The notes under the pieces: generated by a model | What the model was told of the DNA's origin: nothing | Seen by the model: only the letters and a program-made list of their open reading frames with translations | Databases searched by the model: none | Shown: positions 46,914 through 55,487 of the stretch, piece by piece | Position numbering within the stretch: the first letter of the stretch is position 1 | How the letters are laid out: every line of letters starts with the position of its first letter | Program-made: the position numbers and the translations under genes | Source of the DNA: a virus | Taxonomy: Duplodnaviria > Caudoviricetes | Length of the DNA: 64,000 bases | IMG/VR virus record: IMGVR_UViG_3300032240_001498 | Location: 128,001-192,000 of that record | Direction: 5' to 3' (one strand)

Positions 46914-47719
46914 TACTTGATGATCTTTCTTATAGCTTCTTTTTGTTGTTCGCTAATAGTTGGAATTTTAATTTTTAATTGCAAAAGTAATCGACCTCTA
47001 CTACCACTATTGTTGACATTTGGCATTCCGTGATCTGCAATAGCCATTACTGCATCGTGTTGGGTGCCAGCTGGAACATTGCCGGTTAAAGTCTTTCCGT
47101 CAATAGTAGTAATGTTTATTTGAGATCCTAACATTGCATCAAAGCAATTAATATCAATTTCTTTAATTAAGTCATCACCTTGTCTAACAAACTCATGATG
47201 ATTCATTACCTCGACAGTGATTAGAACATCACCTGCTGGAAGTCCGCTAAGGGTATCATCGCCCATACCACTTAGGCGTAAGGTCATTCCATTGTGTATA
47301 CCTGCTGGGATTTTTACATTGACAATTTTTTCCTGACCATTTGCTTTGATAAAACTAAACACCATTTCTTTGCCATAGAATGCATCTTCTAAAGAAATAC
47401 GTGTGCCAAAGTTTAAATCTCTATTGCGAGATCTATGGGGTCTAAACAAATCACTAAATTGACTGTGACCAAAGAATGCATCAAATCCTGGCGGGAATCC
47501 AAATCCGGAATTGTGTTGATGATACGCTTGTTGTGGCTGATCGTATCCGCTACGTTTTTGTTCGTCGCCTAGTGTGTCGTAGGCTTCTTGGATTTCTTTG
47601 AATTTAGCAGTATCGCCTCCGCGATCGGGGTGGTGCTTCATTGCTAGGCTTCTATAAGCCTTTTTGATTTCATCTTGTGATGCGCCTTTCTGGACGCCTA
47701 AGGTATCGTAGTAATTCAT
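46913..47719 (-). CDS. dnaJ: DnaJ class B (CbpA-like) co-chaperone
   Basis: J domain with HPD, G/F region, C-terminal domain, no Zn finger. Confidence 0.92.
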   Translation of the reverse strand: MNYYDTLGVQKGASQDEIKKAYRSLAMKHHPDRGGDTAKFKEIQEAYDTLGDEQKRSGYDQPQQAYHQHNSGFGFPPGFDAFFGHSQFSDLFRPHRSRNRDLNFGTRISLEDAFYGKEMVFSFIKANGQEKIVNVKIPAGIHNGMTLRLSGMGDDTLSGLPAGDVLITVEVMNHHEFVRQGDDLIKEIDINCFDAMLGSQINITTIDGKTLTGNVPAGTQHDAVMAIADHGMPNVNNSGSRGRLLLQLKIKIPTISEQQKEAIRKIIK

Positions 47720-47728
47720 ATCGGAAAT

Positions 47729-47781
47729 AAAAAAGCAAGGTTCATAGTGTAATTATACACTCGAAGCCTTGCCTGTGTCAA
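47729..47781 (-). promoter_or_regulatory. Overlapping intrinsic terminator and sigma70 promoter upstream of dnaJ
   Basis: TTGACA-N18-TATAAT; hairpin GCAAGG-C-TTC-G-AGTGTA-TAAT-TACACT-AT-GAA-CCTTGC then T6. Confidence 0.8.
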
Positions 47782-47789
47782 ATAAAGAA

Positions 47790-48002
47790 TTATTTTTTCT
47801 TGGCAGGTTCTGGAACCTTTTCGCCTTCGACTTTCTTATGAGTTTTGATCTTTTTGCAATCTTGAGCTTGCTTACCAGTTTTCTTATCCATTACAGCTTT
47901 ACCTGCCTTGTCTACTTTTGGTGTGCAAACTTCTTTAGTTTCTCCGCCTGCAAATGCTGTAGTGGCTACGCATAATGCTAATAGTGCTAATAATTTTTTC
48001 AT
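47790..48002 (-). CDS. Small secreted basic protein
   Basis: Sec signal MKKLLALLALCVATTAFA; two Cys, Lys-rich. Confidence 0.75.
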   Translation of the reverse strand: MKKLLALLALCVATTAFAGGETKEVCTPKVDKAGKAVMDKKTGKQAQDCKKIKTHKKVEGEKVPEPAKKK

Positions 48003-48013
48003 TTTATGTTTCC

Positions 48014-48553
48014 TTATAAAACAGGATCTGGGTCCTGCGGTACTATTTTCTTACCACTTGCTGTTGTAGCTATTGGTGTTGTTCCCCAGCTCGGTGCTGG
48101 CGCGACTGGTGCTGAAGGTGCGCCTCCAAACCCGCCTCCGCCAAAGCTACTTGGTGCTGGTGTTGCGGCTGGAGCGCCGAAGCCCCCAGTCGGTGCACCG
48201 AATCCTGCGCTAGGTGCGCTAGATGTTGCTGGCCCGCTCGGGAATCCTGTCGTTGGTGTTTGTGCTCCGCCATTGTTTGCTCCATTTAGTTTTTCTTGTG
48301 TACGACCAAATGCCGCAATACCTAATACAGCACCCATCGCAATATGGAATAAGCCAGCACCTTGTAGTGTTAATGGATTCCATTGCGTAATTGCTGTGTG
48401 TGTAACGGCTTGTAAGACGCTCCATAGCACTGGAAATACTACCATGTCCATGGTACAGATTAACATGTACATCCAACCCATCATTGGACGCCATTTTGAA
48501 TTCATCCAATCTTCTTTTTTCTTTTCGCTTTCGCTTGTAAATTGTTCGCTCAT
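48014..48553 (-). CDS. Putative holin (GTA 3TM holin-like) with low-complexity G/A/P tail
   Basis: WRPMMGWMY plus hydrophobic segments, then FGAP/FGGG repeats; lysis cassette context. Confidence 0.6.
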   Translation of the reverse strand: MSEQFTSESEKKKEDWMNSKWRPMMGWMYMLICTMDMVVFPVLWSVLQAVTHTAITQWNPLTLQGAGLFHIAMGAVLGIAAFGRTQEKLNGANNGGAQTPTTGFPSGPATSSAPSAGFGAPTGGFGAPAATPAPSSFGGGGFGGAPSAPVAPAPSWGTTPIATTASGKKIVPQDPDPVL

Positions 48554-48563
48554 ATATTGTCCT

Positions 48564-49148
48564 TTAAATCCATAAGAATACGCCGTTTAGGCTTAATAGT
48601 AAACCAATACCTGCTACTACAAAACTACCCCAGAACAAAGGCATACTAACAGCAAGAATACTGGCTGACAATAATACGATTGCTAATTGATATGCTGTTG
48701 ATGCATAACCAATCCAAGGACTACGTGTCTTAGCATCATCGCGTTCTGCTTCTAAGGCTTTGGCTTTGATCATTAGGTCTTTCTTGCCTTCTTTAGGCTC
48801 GTTTTCGTAACGATCGATCTTCGCAGCCATCTCGACAGCACGGGCTTTATCGCCATTGTGTTGCGCTTCGTACAAGTTCTGCTCTGCTAGGCTTTGTTTG
48901 ATTGATTTAGCTTGATAAAAACTATAAGTGTCGTTAGCCTTGATAGTATTGTTCAATACTGTGCTAGATAACTTACCGCCGTACCATGCGTTAACTGCTA
49001 GACATAGAGCAAATACGTTAATAACCATACCTGCTTTGTCTTTGATCTTTGCTTCACGCTCTGAACGTGATCCTGCCGGAGGCTTAGGTGCATCCGGATC
49101 TTTTGGTGTTTTGTTTACTAAATTTAATACTGAATCGATTAGTGCCAT
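48564..49148 (-). CDS. DUF4337-like membrane protein
   Basis: TM - ANDTYSFYQAKSIKQ coiled coil - two C-terminal TMs; TAAATA at 49171-49176. Confidence 0.65.
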   Translation of the reverse strand: MALIDSVLNLVNKTPKDPDAPKPPAGSRSEREAKIKDKAGMVINVFALCLAVNAWYGGKLSSTVLNNTIKANDTYSFYQAKSIKQSLAEQNLYEAQHNGDKARAVEMAAKIDRYENEPKEGKKDLMIKAKALEAERDDAKTRSPWIGYASTAYQLAIVLLSASILAVSMPLFWGSFVVAGIGLLLSLNGVFLWI

Positions 49149-49173
49149 CGTTCGCTCCTTGCTATACTCTTAT

Positions 49174-49422
49174 TTAATACATTGATGCTAGATTTACCAG
49201 TGCGTTCATTGCTGTGTTAATGTTTTCTTTTAACTGTAAATCTTGCACACTTTCGTTAATATTCTTTTCGTGATACAGATCAGTGATCATTTCTGTATAC
49301 TCGCCTGCGCTAAGTTGTTTTTGTTCTAAGGCTTGTTTTAAAGCCATTGCACGATTAGCAAGATCCTGCATGTTAGGATCGCCTGTGTTAAAAATAGCTT
49401 CTAATTGTTGTTCGATAGTCAT
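49174..49422 (-). CDS. Hypothetical helical protein
   Basis: 82 aa, ATGA overlap. Confidence 0.7.
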   Translation of the reverse strand: MTIEQQLEAIFNTGDPNMQDLANRAMALKQALEQKQLSAGEYTEMITDLYHEKNINESVQDLQLKENINTAMNALVNLASMY

Positions 49423-49820
49423 CTTGGTTTCTTTCCTATAACATTTTGAATGTTAACAGCATTGCGCTCAATACTGCTAAATTTTGTAGTACAGTACATC
49501 ATACTAACAGGTTCTTTTCCGTGATATCGTTCACTTAATCCTTTAACGATTTCGGCCAACTCGCTACCCATCTTAGTAGCTTCTTCATTATGCGGAATGC
49601 TTTGAGTGTAGTTCTTAAACTCTACAGCAGTACGCCAAACACGGTCAACTTCTTCAATTACTTCGGGTTTGCCACATTTAGCCGCACCTAAGTTTGCTTC
49701 AGTTCTAATTTTGTTGATTAATAAGTATTCGTTGTTGTCAAATCGTGCCATAAAGTATGCATCATATAATGCACACCCTTGCAACAAACTGATTACTGCA
49801 AGTAGGATTAATTTTTTCAT
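49419..49820 (-). CDS. Lipoprotein
   Basis: MKKLILLAVISLLQGC lipobox. Confidence 0.8.
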   Translation of the reverse strand: MKKLILLAVISLLQGCALYDAYFMARFDNNEYLLINKIRTEANLGAAKCGKPEVIEEVDRVWRTAVEFKNYTQSIPHNEEATKMGSELAEIVKGLSERYHGKEPVSMMYCTTKFSSIERNAVNIQNVIGKKPR

Positions 49821-50086
49821 TTGATCGTCTCAAATATTTTCTTTTGACTGTTATACCATTGTATCCAAGCATCTACTCGAATACGGCATTCTTGGTATTG
49901 TCCATAGTTGTCGACTACTACTGATACGACTTCACTAAGTTTTGTAGTATTTGGATCAGTTTCTTTTAGATCAGGACAAGCTACTTTTAACTCTTCTGGT
50001 ACTTGCGGAAAACTCATTGTTACAGGTACTGAGGTAGCACATGCTGATAGGATCAATACAGAAAGTAAAACTAATAATCGTTTCAT
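49817..50086 (-). CDS. o-spanin-like lipoprotein
   Basis: LSAC lipobox, P.EL...CP.L, follows i-spanin-like gene. Confidence 0.75.
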   Translation of the reverse strand: MKRLLVLLSVLILSACATSVPVTMSFPQVPEELKVACPDLKETDPNTTKLSEVVSVVVDNYGQYQECRIRVDAWIQWYNSQKKIFETIK

Positions 50087-50565
50087 TTCTTAACCTCCTC
50101 AATGGTAACAGTTCCTTTGCGGAGTTTTGCGGCATCATTTAAAATGCTTATAGCTTCTGGAGCAACCTTACATTCTGCGTCAATACGCTTTTCAATTTCT
50201 TTAATGCGATCTTGATAGACTATTTGTAGTTCTTTAACTTTCTTTACACGATCAACATATACTTTTTTTACAACTACATTTGTTTCTTGTGATTTAACTT
50301 CGGCGGCCGCTACCTTTGCTTCTGCTTCTTTTACTTTATCACGCCATGCCATTTCTGTGTCATAGCCACCACGTAGCCACACACCTAATATTACTAGAGC
50401 AATACCTACTGGTTTAATAAAACCTATATAACGTCCGTACACAGGAATAAACTTGCTGAACCATCCGGCAAACATTCCTGTAATACCTAGAGCAATAATA
50501 AACCAGTAGACCCAGTTTAGAACAGCATCAGGTATCAAACTGAACATCCAAGCAATTTGGCTCAT
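50083..50565 (-). CDS. i-spanin-like protein
   Basis: N-terminal TM segments, coiled coil, C-terminal Cys (AEC...EAISILNDAA); directly after endolysin. Confidence 0.7.
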   Translation of the reverse strand: MSQIAWMFSLIPDAVLNWVYWFIIALGITGMFAGWFSKFIPVYGRYIGFIKPVGIALVILGVWLRGGYDTEMAWRDKVKEAEAKVAAAEVKSQETNVVVKKVYVDRVKKVKELQIVYQDRIKEIEKRIDAECKVAPEAISILNDAAKLRKGTVTIEEVKK

Positions 50566-50568
50566 GAA

Positions 50569-51195
50569 TTATCCTTGTAGAACGTGGATAGCGTGTTGGT
50601 AATGCTGTTGGCGATCTGCTAAACCTAATGTGCCGCCGTTGATCTTCTTAGTCATAGTAAGAATGTCACCTGAATCTGCGTATTGGTTTAAGTTATTTGT
50701 TTCCCAGAACCAGCAAGCTGATTGTATAGCACCTTCAAACGTGGCCAGGAAGTCTGGAATTTCTTCTAATGGGGTTTCGATGCTATTAGCAAATGCTGTG
50801 TAGTTTGATTTACCGGTAAGTTGAATCAACCCACGACCACAATAACGGAATCCATCGCCACTGGCTTCATCACCGTTGCCCATACGGTTAGCATAAGCAC
50901 GATTAGCAATAGCTTCTTGATTATGAGCATACTGATTAGCATTGCCAGAATTAAAATAACGTGGCCAAACTTTGCATAATGTTTCTGCACGATAGTTCAA
51001 GTTCTCTTTGAGAGCTCTATAACCACCCGACTCGTGTGCTGTCTGTGCTAAGAAAGCCGCTACACGCTCAGGAGTATCAATGTCGTAATCAGGAAGTATC
51101 TTAGATAACGCTTCGTGCCAATGATCAAGATAAGGGTTACCCGGAAGTATCTTTGCTAATTTGTCTACTGTAAAATCAAATGTAAAGTCTGACAT
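50569..51195 (-). CDS. Endolysin, glycoside hydrolase family 19
   Basis: AAFLAQTAHESGG, YANRMGNG, GRGLIQLTGKSNY, TKKINGG. Confidence 0.92.
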   Translation of the reverse strand: MSDFTFDFTVDKLAKILPGNPYLDHWHEALSKILPDYDIDTPERVAAFLAQTAHESGGYRALKENLNYRAETLCKVWPRYFNSGNANQYAHNQEAIANRAYANRMGNGDEASGDGFRYCGRGLIQLTGKSNYTAFANSIETPLEEIPDFLATFEGAIQSACWFWETNNLNQYADSGDILTMTKKINGGTLGLADRQQHYQHAIHVLQG

Positions 51196-51197
51196 GT

Positions 51198-51953
51198 TTA
51201 TCCTTTATTAAAATTTACAAGTGCGGCTTGGTCATGTTTTCTAATAACAAACTTGCCGCCTATCTTGTTGATATCATAGTTACCTAAATATTTGGTAAGA
51301 TAAAATATTTCCGATGTTGATGTTTCATCGATTTGATAAGGACCTTTAAGGTCTTCCATAATTTTGTCGTACTGACCGATGCACTCTAATTCTAATTTCA
51401 AACTATCGAAGAATGGCTTTTTAAATGTAAGTGTCATACTTTCATCAACTGAAACTTCAACGCCACCTTCACTGAAGAATGTGTTGACTTCTTGATTTCT
51501 GTTTTCGTTCAGTTTCATGTCGTAATCTTCCGGAGTCAACGGTACACTTTCTGTTATTCCATCCTCGGTAAAATCACGACTCATTGAATCTTTATAGAAT
51601 CTAAACTTCCACTCATCATTGCCTGTTAGTTTAGTTAATCCATCTAGAATTGTTCTAATCTGACTTGGCAACTTCTTAGTGCGTTCCATTTCAACAAACA
51701 CACTATACTTGCTGTCGCGTTCTTCACCTGAGCTAATGTCAGAGTCAAGAATGAATCCGTAGCCGCGCTCAAGGAATTCCATCATATCTATTGCAGGGAA
51801 TTTATCGTTGACTCTAAAACGTAAGACGGCGCAGTCACGATCGTTGCCCATTTTGCTGGTATACTGATCTACTGTAAAGATGTTATCTACACAGCCTTTT
51901 AGGTCTCCTTCTCTAAGACCTTCAAATAATTTATTGCGGGGTTGCTGGGACAT
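51198..51953 (-). CDS. Hypothetical protein (possibly virion)
   Basis: 251 aa; LFE|G near N-terminus. Confidence 0.7.
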   Translation of the reverse strand: MSQQPRNKLFEGLREGDLKGCVDNIFTVDQYTSKMGNDRDCAVLRFRVNDKFPAIDMMEFLERGYGFILDSDISSGEERDSKYSVFVEMERTKKLPSQIRTILDGLTKLTGNDEWKFRFYKDSMSRDFTEDGITESVPLTPEDYDMKLNENRNQEVNTFFSEGGVEVSVDESMTLTFKKPFFDSLKLELECIGQYDKIMEDLKGPYQIDETSTSEIFYLTKYLGNYDINKIGGKFVIRKHDQAALVNFNKG

Positions 51954-52485
51954 CTGTCTGCTCCGTGCTGTCTATTTGGCCTGGCATAGCCTCTTGTGCC
52001 GCTTCTGTTGGCTCCATATTAGATGCTTCTGCTTTTTGCATAGCTTCGGCGTATTGAATATTGTCTTGTAATTCTTTGCCTGTAAAGATATCTTGCATTA
52101 ATTTCTTAGGAACTGTGATCTCTACTACCCAAATAGGATGTGGATCGATCTTGCCTTTCTTTGTACCAGGACGAAAGTCGCTTGGCTTGCGTACCTTGCG
52201 TGGGACTAGAATTTTATTCTTTTGGAATGTAACTTTGCAACCATACTCTAATAGACGTTCAGCGCCTTCTGGATCTGGCATATCATTTTCTGGCCACATG
52301 AATTTACAGCTAACAAAATATCTGCTGACGTTAGGGCCTGCAAGCAACTCGCCATCTTCCCAATTTTTAAATACGTACAGATCTAGATCATCTAAAACAC
52401 GCTCATAGTCTTTGAGAATTTTAAATGATGAATCGTCTGCCGCCAATGTTTGTATGTTCTTTACAATGTCTACTATATCGTGCAT
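51931..52485 (-). CDS. Hypothetical protein
   Basis: 184 aa; TAAATA at 52507-52512 upstream. Confidence 0.75.
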   Translation of the reverse strand: MHDIVDIVKNIQTLAADDSSFKILKDYERVLDDLDLYVFKNWEDGELLAGPNVSRYFVSCKFMWPENDMPDPEGAERLLEYGCKVTFQKNKILVPRKVRKPSDFRPGTKKGKIDPHPIWVVEITVPKKLMQDIFTGKELQDNIQYAEAMQKAEASNMEPTEAAQEAMPGQIDSTEQTDVPATPQ

Positions 52486-52610
52486 GTGAGTTCCTGGTAA
52501 CTCGAATATTTATGCTAAGAATCGTCTATCCAAAAAAACCCTATTTGAGCTTGGTTTTTTCAAACCTAAGTAAATATCTTTGCAGGTCTCCTAACTAATG
52601 GAGGTTAGAT

Positions 52611-53363
52611 TTGTCAAGAAACATCGCAAAAAGACGTAGCACTCCTCAACAGAGTTCACGTTACAACGACAGTCAAAATGTAGTAGAGTTAAATTCTTAC
52701 TTTAAAAAGAAACAGCAGGTAAGCATACTTCCGCGGAACACATCGCAGGAGTACTACCTAGAACTGCTAAAAAATCCCAAAAAACACATAATATTTGCCA
52801 TTGGACCAGCCGGCACGGGCAAAACTATGCTTGGGGTACAATGGGCCATTAAACAATTAAAAGAGGGGGTGATTGAACGGATAATCATTACAAGGCCAGC
52901 AGTAAGTGTTGACGAGGAACATGGCTTCCTCCCAGGTACATTGAACCAGAAGATGGAACCCTGGACAAAGCCTATAATGGACGTATTTCAAGAATATTAT
53001 CACACCAAACAAATAGCAGAGATGCTAGAAGAAGGTGTAATTGAAATTAGTCCGTTAGCATATATGCGCGGTCGTACATTTAAACATGCTATAATTGTTG
53101 CAGACGAAATGCAAAATGCTACTCCATCGCAAATGAAGATGCTACTTACACGGTTAGGTGAAGGTAGCCGCATGGTTGTAACAGGTGATTTGAATCAAGC
53201 TGACCGACCCCGTGAAAACGGTTTGTTGGAATTCTGCAGTTTATACGACGAAGGAGGTGACCACCGTATGATTGCCATGGCCAAGTTTCAAACAAAAGAT
53301 ATTGAACGCCATCCGGTTGTTCGTGAAGTTTTATCTATATACAAGGAGCTGGATACCGATTAA
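52611..53363 (+). CDS. phoH: PhoH-like ATPase
   Basis: GPAGTGKT, ITRPAV, GFLPG, RGRTF, DEMQN, TRLGEGS, GDLNQ.D; GGAGG SD; TAAATA at 52571-52576. Confidence 0.95.
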   Translation: MSRNIAKRRSTPQQSSRYNDSQNVVELNSYFKKKQQVSILPRNTSQEYYLELLKNPKKHIIFAIGPAGTGKTMLGVQWAIKQLKEGVIERIIITRPAVSVDEEHGFLPGTLNQKMEPWTKPIMDVFQEYYHTKQIAEMLEEGVIEISPLAYMRGRTFKHAIIVADEMQNATPSQMKMLLTRLGEGSRMVVTGDLNQADRPRENGLLEFCSLYDEGGDHRMIAMAKFQTKDIERHPVVREVLSIYKELDTD

Positions 53364-53383
53364 ACTCTAAATCAATTCAAGAG

Positions 53384-53430
53384 AAACCGCGCTTTCACCC
53401 AGACCTGCAAATCCGGATAGCGCGGTTTTT
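53384..53430. terminator. Probable bidirectional terminator between phoH and clamp loader (10-bp stem, 25-nt loop)
   Basis: aaaccgcgct (53384-53393) / agcgcggttt (53419-53428) followed by a T-run. Confidence 0.65.
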
Positions 53431-54356
53431 TATTGGTTCTGTAATCGGCGTAGTTTAGCCAGTACAGTTGCTAGATTAATTTCAGGATCAGCAATGAGGG
53501 CGTGATCGCATAGTCCTTGCTTGATGATAAACAATGCAGAATCTTTCTGGTCATCGTCTTTGCCAAACAAATCTAAGTTTTGATACAACCACGTGTAAAT
53601 TTCCTCCATCTCTTCAGGACGAACAGTTCCGCATAACAATTTACGTGCTTCTTGTATCTTACCTGCTTTAAACAAATTGACCATATCTACCTTATAGTCT
53701 GCTTGTCCGGCATCACCTACGCCTGGCAATACCAATGTATTATCAACTACGCTCTGTTGTGCAAGATTAATACACTTACGCAGGTCTGGATAAGTTGCTT
53801 TAACAATAGTATCCAATGTGTCTAAGTCAAACTCAACATTTTCTTCTACTAGGATAGTTGCAACACGAGCAGTGAATTCTGTTTGATCTGTCTTAACCAT
53901 ATCAAACCCTTGTGAACGACTATACAACGCAGGCATAATCTTGTTCTTGAGATTACAGGTAAGAATAAAACGTGCTGTGTCGTGATACTCTTCCATAACA
54001 CCACGCAACACAGCCTGTGCATTATGTGTTAAGTAATCAGCTTCGTCTAACAACACAACCTTAAATGGACCAAACGGGATCATGCTGACAAATGTTACGA
54101 TCTTATCTTTTAAGAAATCAACACCGTTGTCGCGTGATGCATTAATCTGCAGAATATCATATTCTTCCACACCAATTTCATTTAGCAATACCTTTGCTAG
54201 GGTAGTCTTACCAATACCAGGACTACCGCTTAAGATCAAATGCGGAATTGATTTTTCTTTAATCCAAGTCAATACCTGGTTACGTTGGTTATCATCTCTA
54301 AAGACATAGTCTGCGACTGTCTTAGGACGATATTTCTCTACCCATAATTCTTTCAT
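53430..54356 (-). CDS. Clamp loader AAA+ subunit (gp44/RFC small subunit-like)
   Basis: LWVEKYRP, GSPGIGKT, NASRDNG, LLDEAD, SR, DLRKCIN. Confidence 0.93.
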   Translation of the reverse strand: MKELWVEKYRPKTVADYVFRDDNQRNQVLTWIKEKSIPHLILSGSPGIGKTTLAKVLLNEIGVEEYDILQINASRDNGVDFLKDKIVTFVSMIPFGPFKVVLLDEADYLTHNAQAVLRGVMEEYHDTARFILTCNLKNKIMPALYSRSQGFDMVKTDQTEFTARVATILVEENVEFDLDTLDTIVKATYPDLRKCINLAQQSVVDNTLVLPGVGDAGQADYKVDMVNLFKAGKIQEARKLLCGTVRPEEMEEIYTWLYQNLDLFGKDDDQKDSALFIIKQGLCDHALIADPEINLATVLAKLRRLQNQ

Positions 54357-54568
54357 TGTACAGTCCTTTGTTCGAATTTTTTAACTTGACCTCTGCTGTC
54401 ACTGATTGTGTCAACAATTCTATTATAAGAATCTTCGTCTAGTGCAGAGCGATAGATAGTTAGTGCTTGTGCCATCATTACACCCGCAACTTCTAAGGGT
54501 CCGTATTCACTTGCTTGTTTATCAGCGAACGATAGCATTTCACTGTAGCATTGTTCTAAGTCACTCAT
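54353..54568 (-). CDS. Hypothetical protein
   Basis: 71 aa, coupled stops/starts. Confidence 0.65.
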   Translation of the reverse strand: MSDLEQCYSEMLSFADKQASEYGPLEVAGVMMAQALTIYRSALDEDSYNRIVDTISDSRGQVKKFEQRTVQ

Positions 54569-54780
54569 TAGTGTTTATGACCGCAATCGCAGTCACCCTT
54601 TGTAAAAAAGTTTTTAATTGCTGTTATTAGATTATAAAATCTAGCCTTGTATGTATCTGAAAGAACGCTGTCAATCATAGCTGGCTGATGTGGACAACGA
54701 CCTTGATACCATGTACATGTTCGTACGGTATCTTCTGTTATTTCAATACCACATGCATTACATTTTTCCATTTTTCTCAT
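54568..54780 (-). CDS. Small Cys-rich hypothetical protein (possible Zn ribbon)
   Basis: CNAC...CTW...CPH. Confidence 0.6.
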   Translation of the reverse strand: MRKMEKCNACGIEITEDTVRTCTWYQGRCPHQPAMIDSVLSDTYKARFYNLITAIKNFFTKGDCDCGHKH

Positions 54781-55228
54781 TCTCCGCTTGGACTACACGT
54801 TTACGTAGACTACTTGAACTGAAACTGTGGTCCCGTCCGTTATAGATAATTTCAATACCACGTTTGGCACAAATTGCCTTACCTGTAAAATCTTTGTCTT
54901 GATACTCTACACCTAATATTCTAACATCAATTGGTAATGTTAGCAAGATGTCTTCTAGGTCTTTTTCTGTATTATAAACAACAATTTCGTCTACATAAGT
55001 CACAGCACTTAGTTGGATTTGTCGTTCTACAATGCTTTGTATTGGTGCGTTCTTTTCTGGACGATCCCATTGAGCATTGTTTTGTAATCCTGCAATAAGA
55101 TAATCGCAATGATTCTTTACTTCTGATAGCATGGCAATGTGCCCTGCGTGTAACATGTCAAATTGACTAAAGGTTATGCCAATTCGTTTACCTTCTTTTT
55201 TTAGTTCTTTTATTTTGTTGAATATCAT
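54758..55228 (-). CDS. Cytidylyltransferase (TagD/glycerol-3-phosphate CT-like)
   Basis: FDMLHAGH, ER..QL, SSSSLRKR; start moved to ATG 55228, 7 nt after a -10 box. Confidence 0.85.
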   Translation of the reverse strand: MIFNKIKELKKEGKRIGITFSQFDMLHAGHIAMLSEVKNHCDYLIAGLQNNAQWDRPEKNAPIQSIVERQIQLSAVTYVDEIVVYNTEKDLEDILLTLPIDVRILGVEYQDKDFTGKAICAKRGIEIIYNGRDHSFSSSSLRKRVVQAENEKNGKM

Positions 55229-55235
55229 ATCCCTT

Positions 55236-55272
55236 ATTATACAGGGAAGAACAGGGTAAGTCAATACCCTGT
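55236..55272 (-). promoter_or_regulatory. sigma70 promoter whose -35 is the loop of a perfect 8-bp inverted repeat; near-leaderless transcript
   Basis: ACAGGGTA-TTGACT-TACCCTGT; N17 to TATAAT; ATG 7 nt later. Confidence 0.85.
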
Positions 55273-55274
55273 TA

Positions 55275-55484
55275 TTATTTTCTTGCGGCTATTCGTGCGC
55301 TGATTTGTTCAAAACTTGACCGACTACGGTTGTCTTGTCTTTCTAGAAACTCAACAACCTTGGTAAGTTGTGCAACCTGCAACTCTAGTTTGCTGAGTTT
55401 TTCAAACAGTTCCTCTGGAGTCGCACCAGAGGTTGCTGGTTTTAGATTTTCGTAATCTTGATCGTTGTGTTTATACTGATTCAT
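55275..55484 (-). CDS. Small coiled-coil hypothetical protein
   Basis: 69 aa heptad pattern. Confidence 0.65.
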   Translation of the reverse strand: MNQYKHNDQDYENLKPATSGATPEELFEKLSKLELQVAQLTKVVEFLERQDNRSRSSFEQISARIAARK

Positions 55485-55487
55485 AAT

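Noticed and set aside
22420-47719. Bacterial chromosome origin, suggested by rfaE, ugd, folE, clpA, def and dnaJ
   Set aside because: These are interleaved with family B polymerase, clamp, T4-like RNase H, virion and lysis genes at phage-like density with late-type promoters.
52589-52617. Minus-strand TTGACA at the phoH start as a sigma70 promoter
   Set aside because: No -10-like hexamer 16-18 nt downstream.
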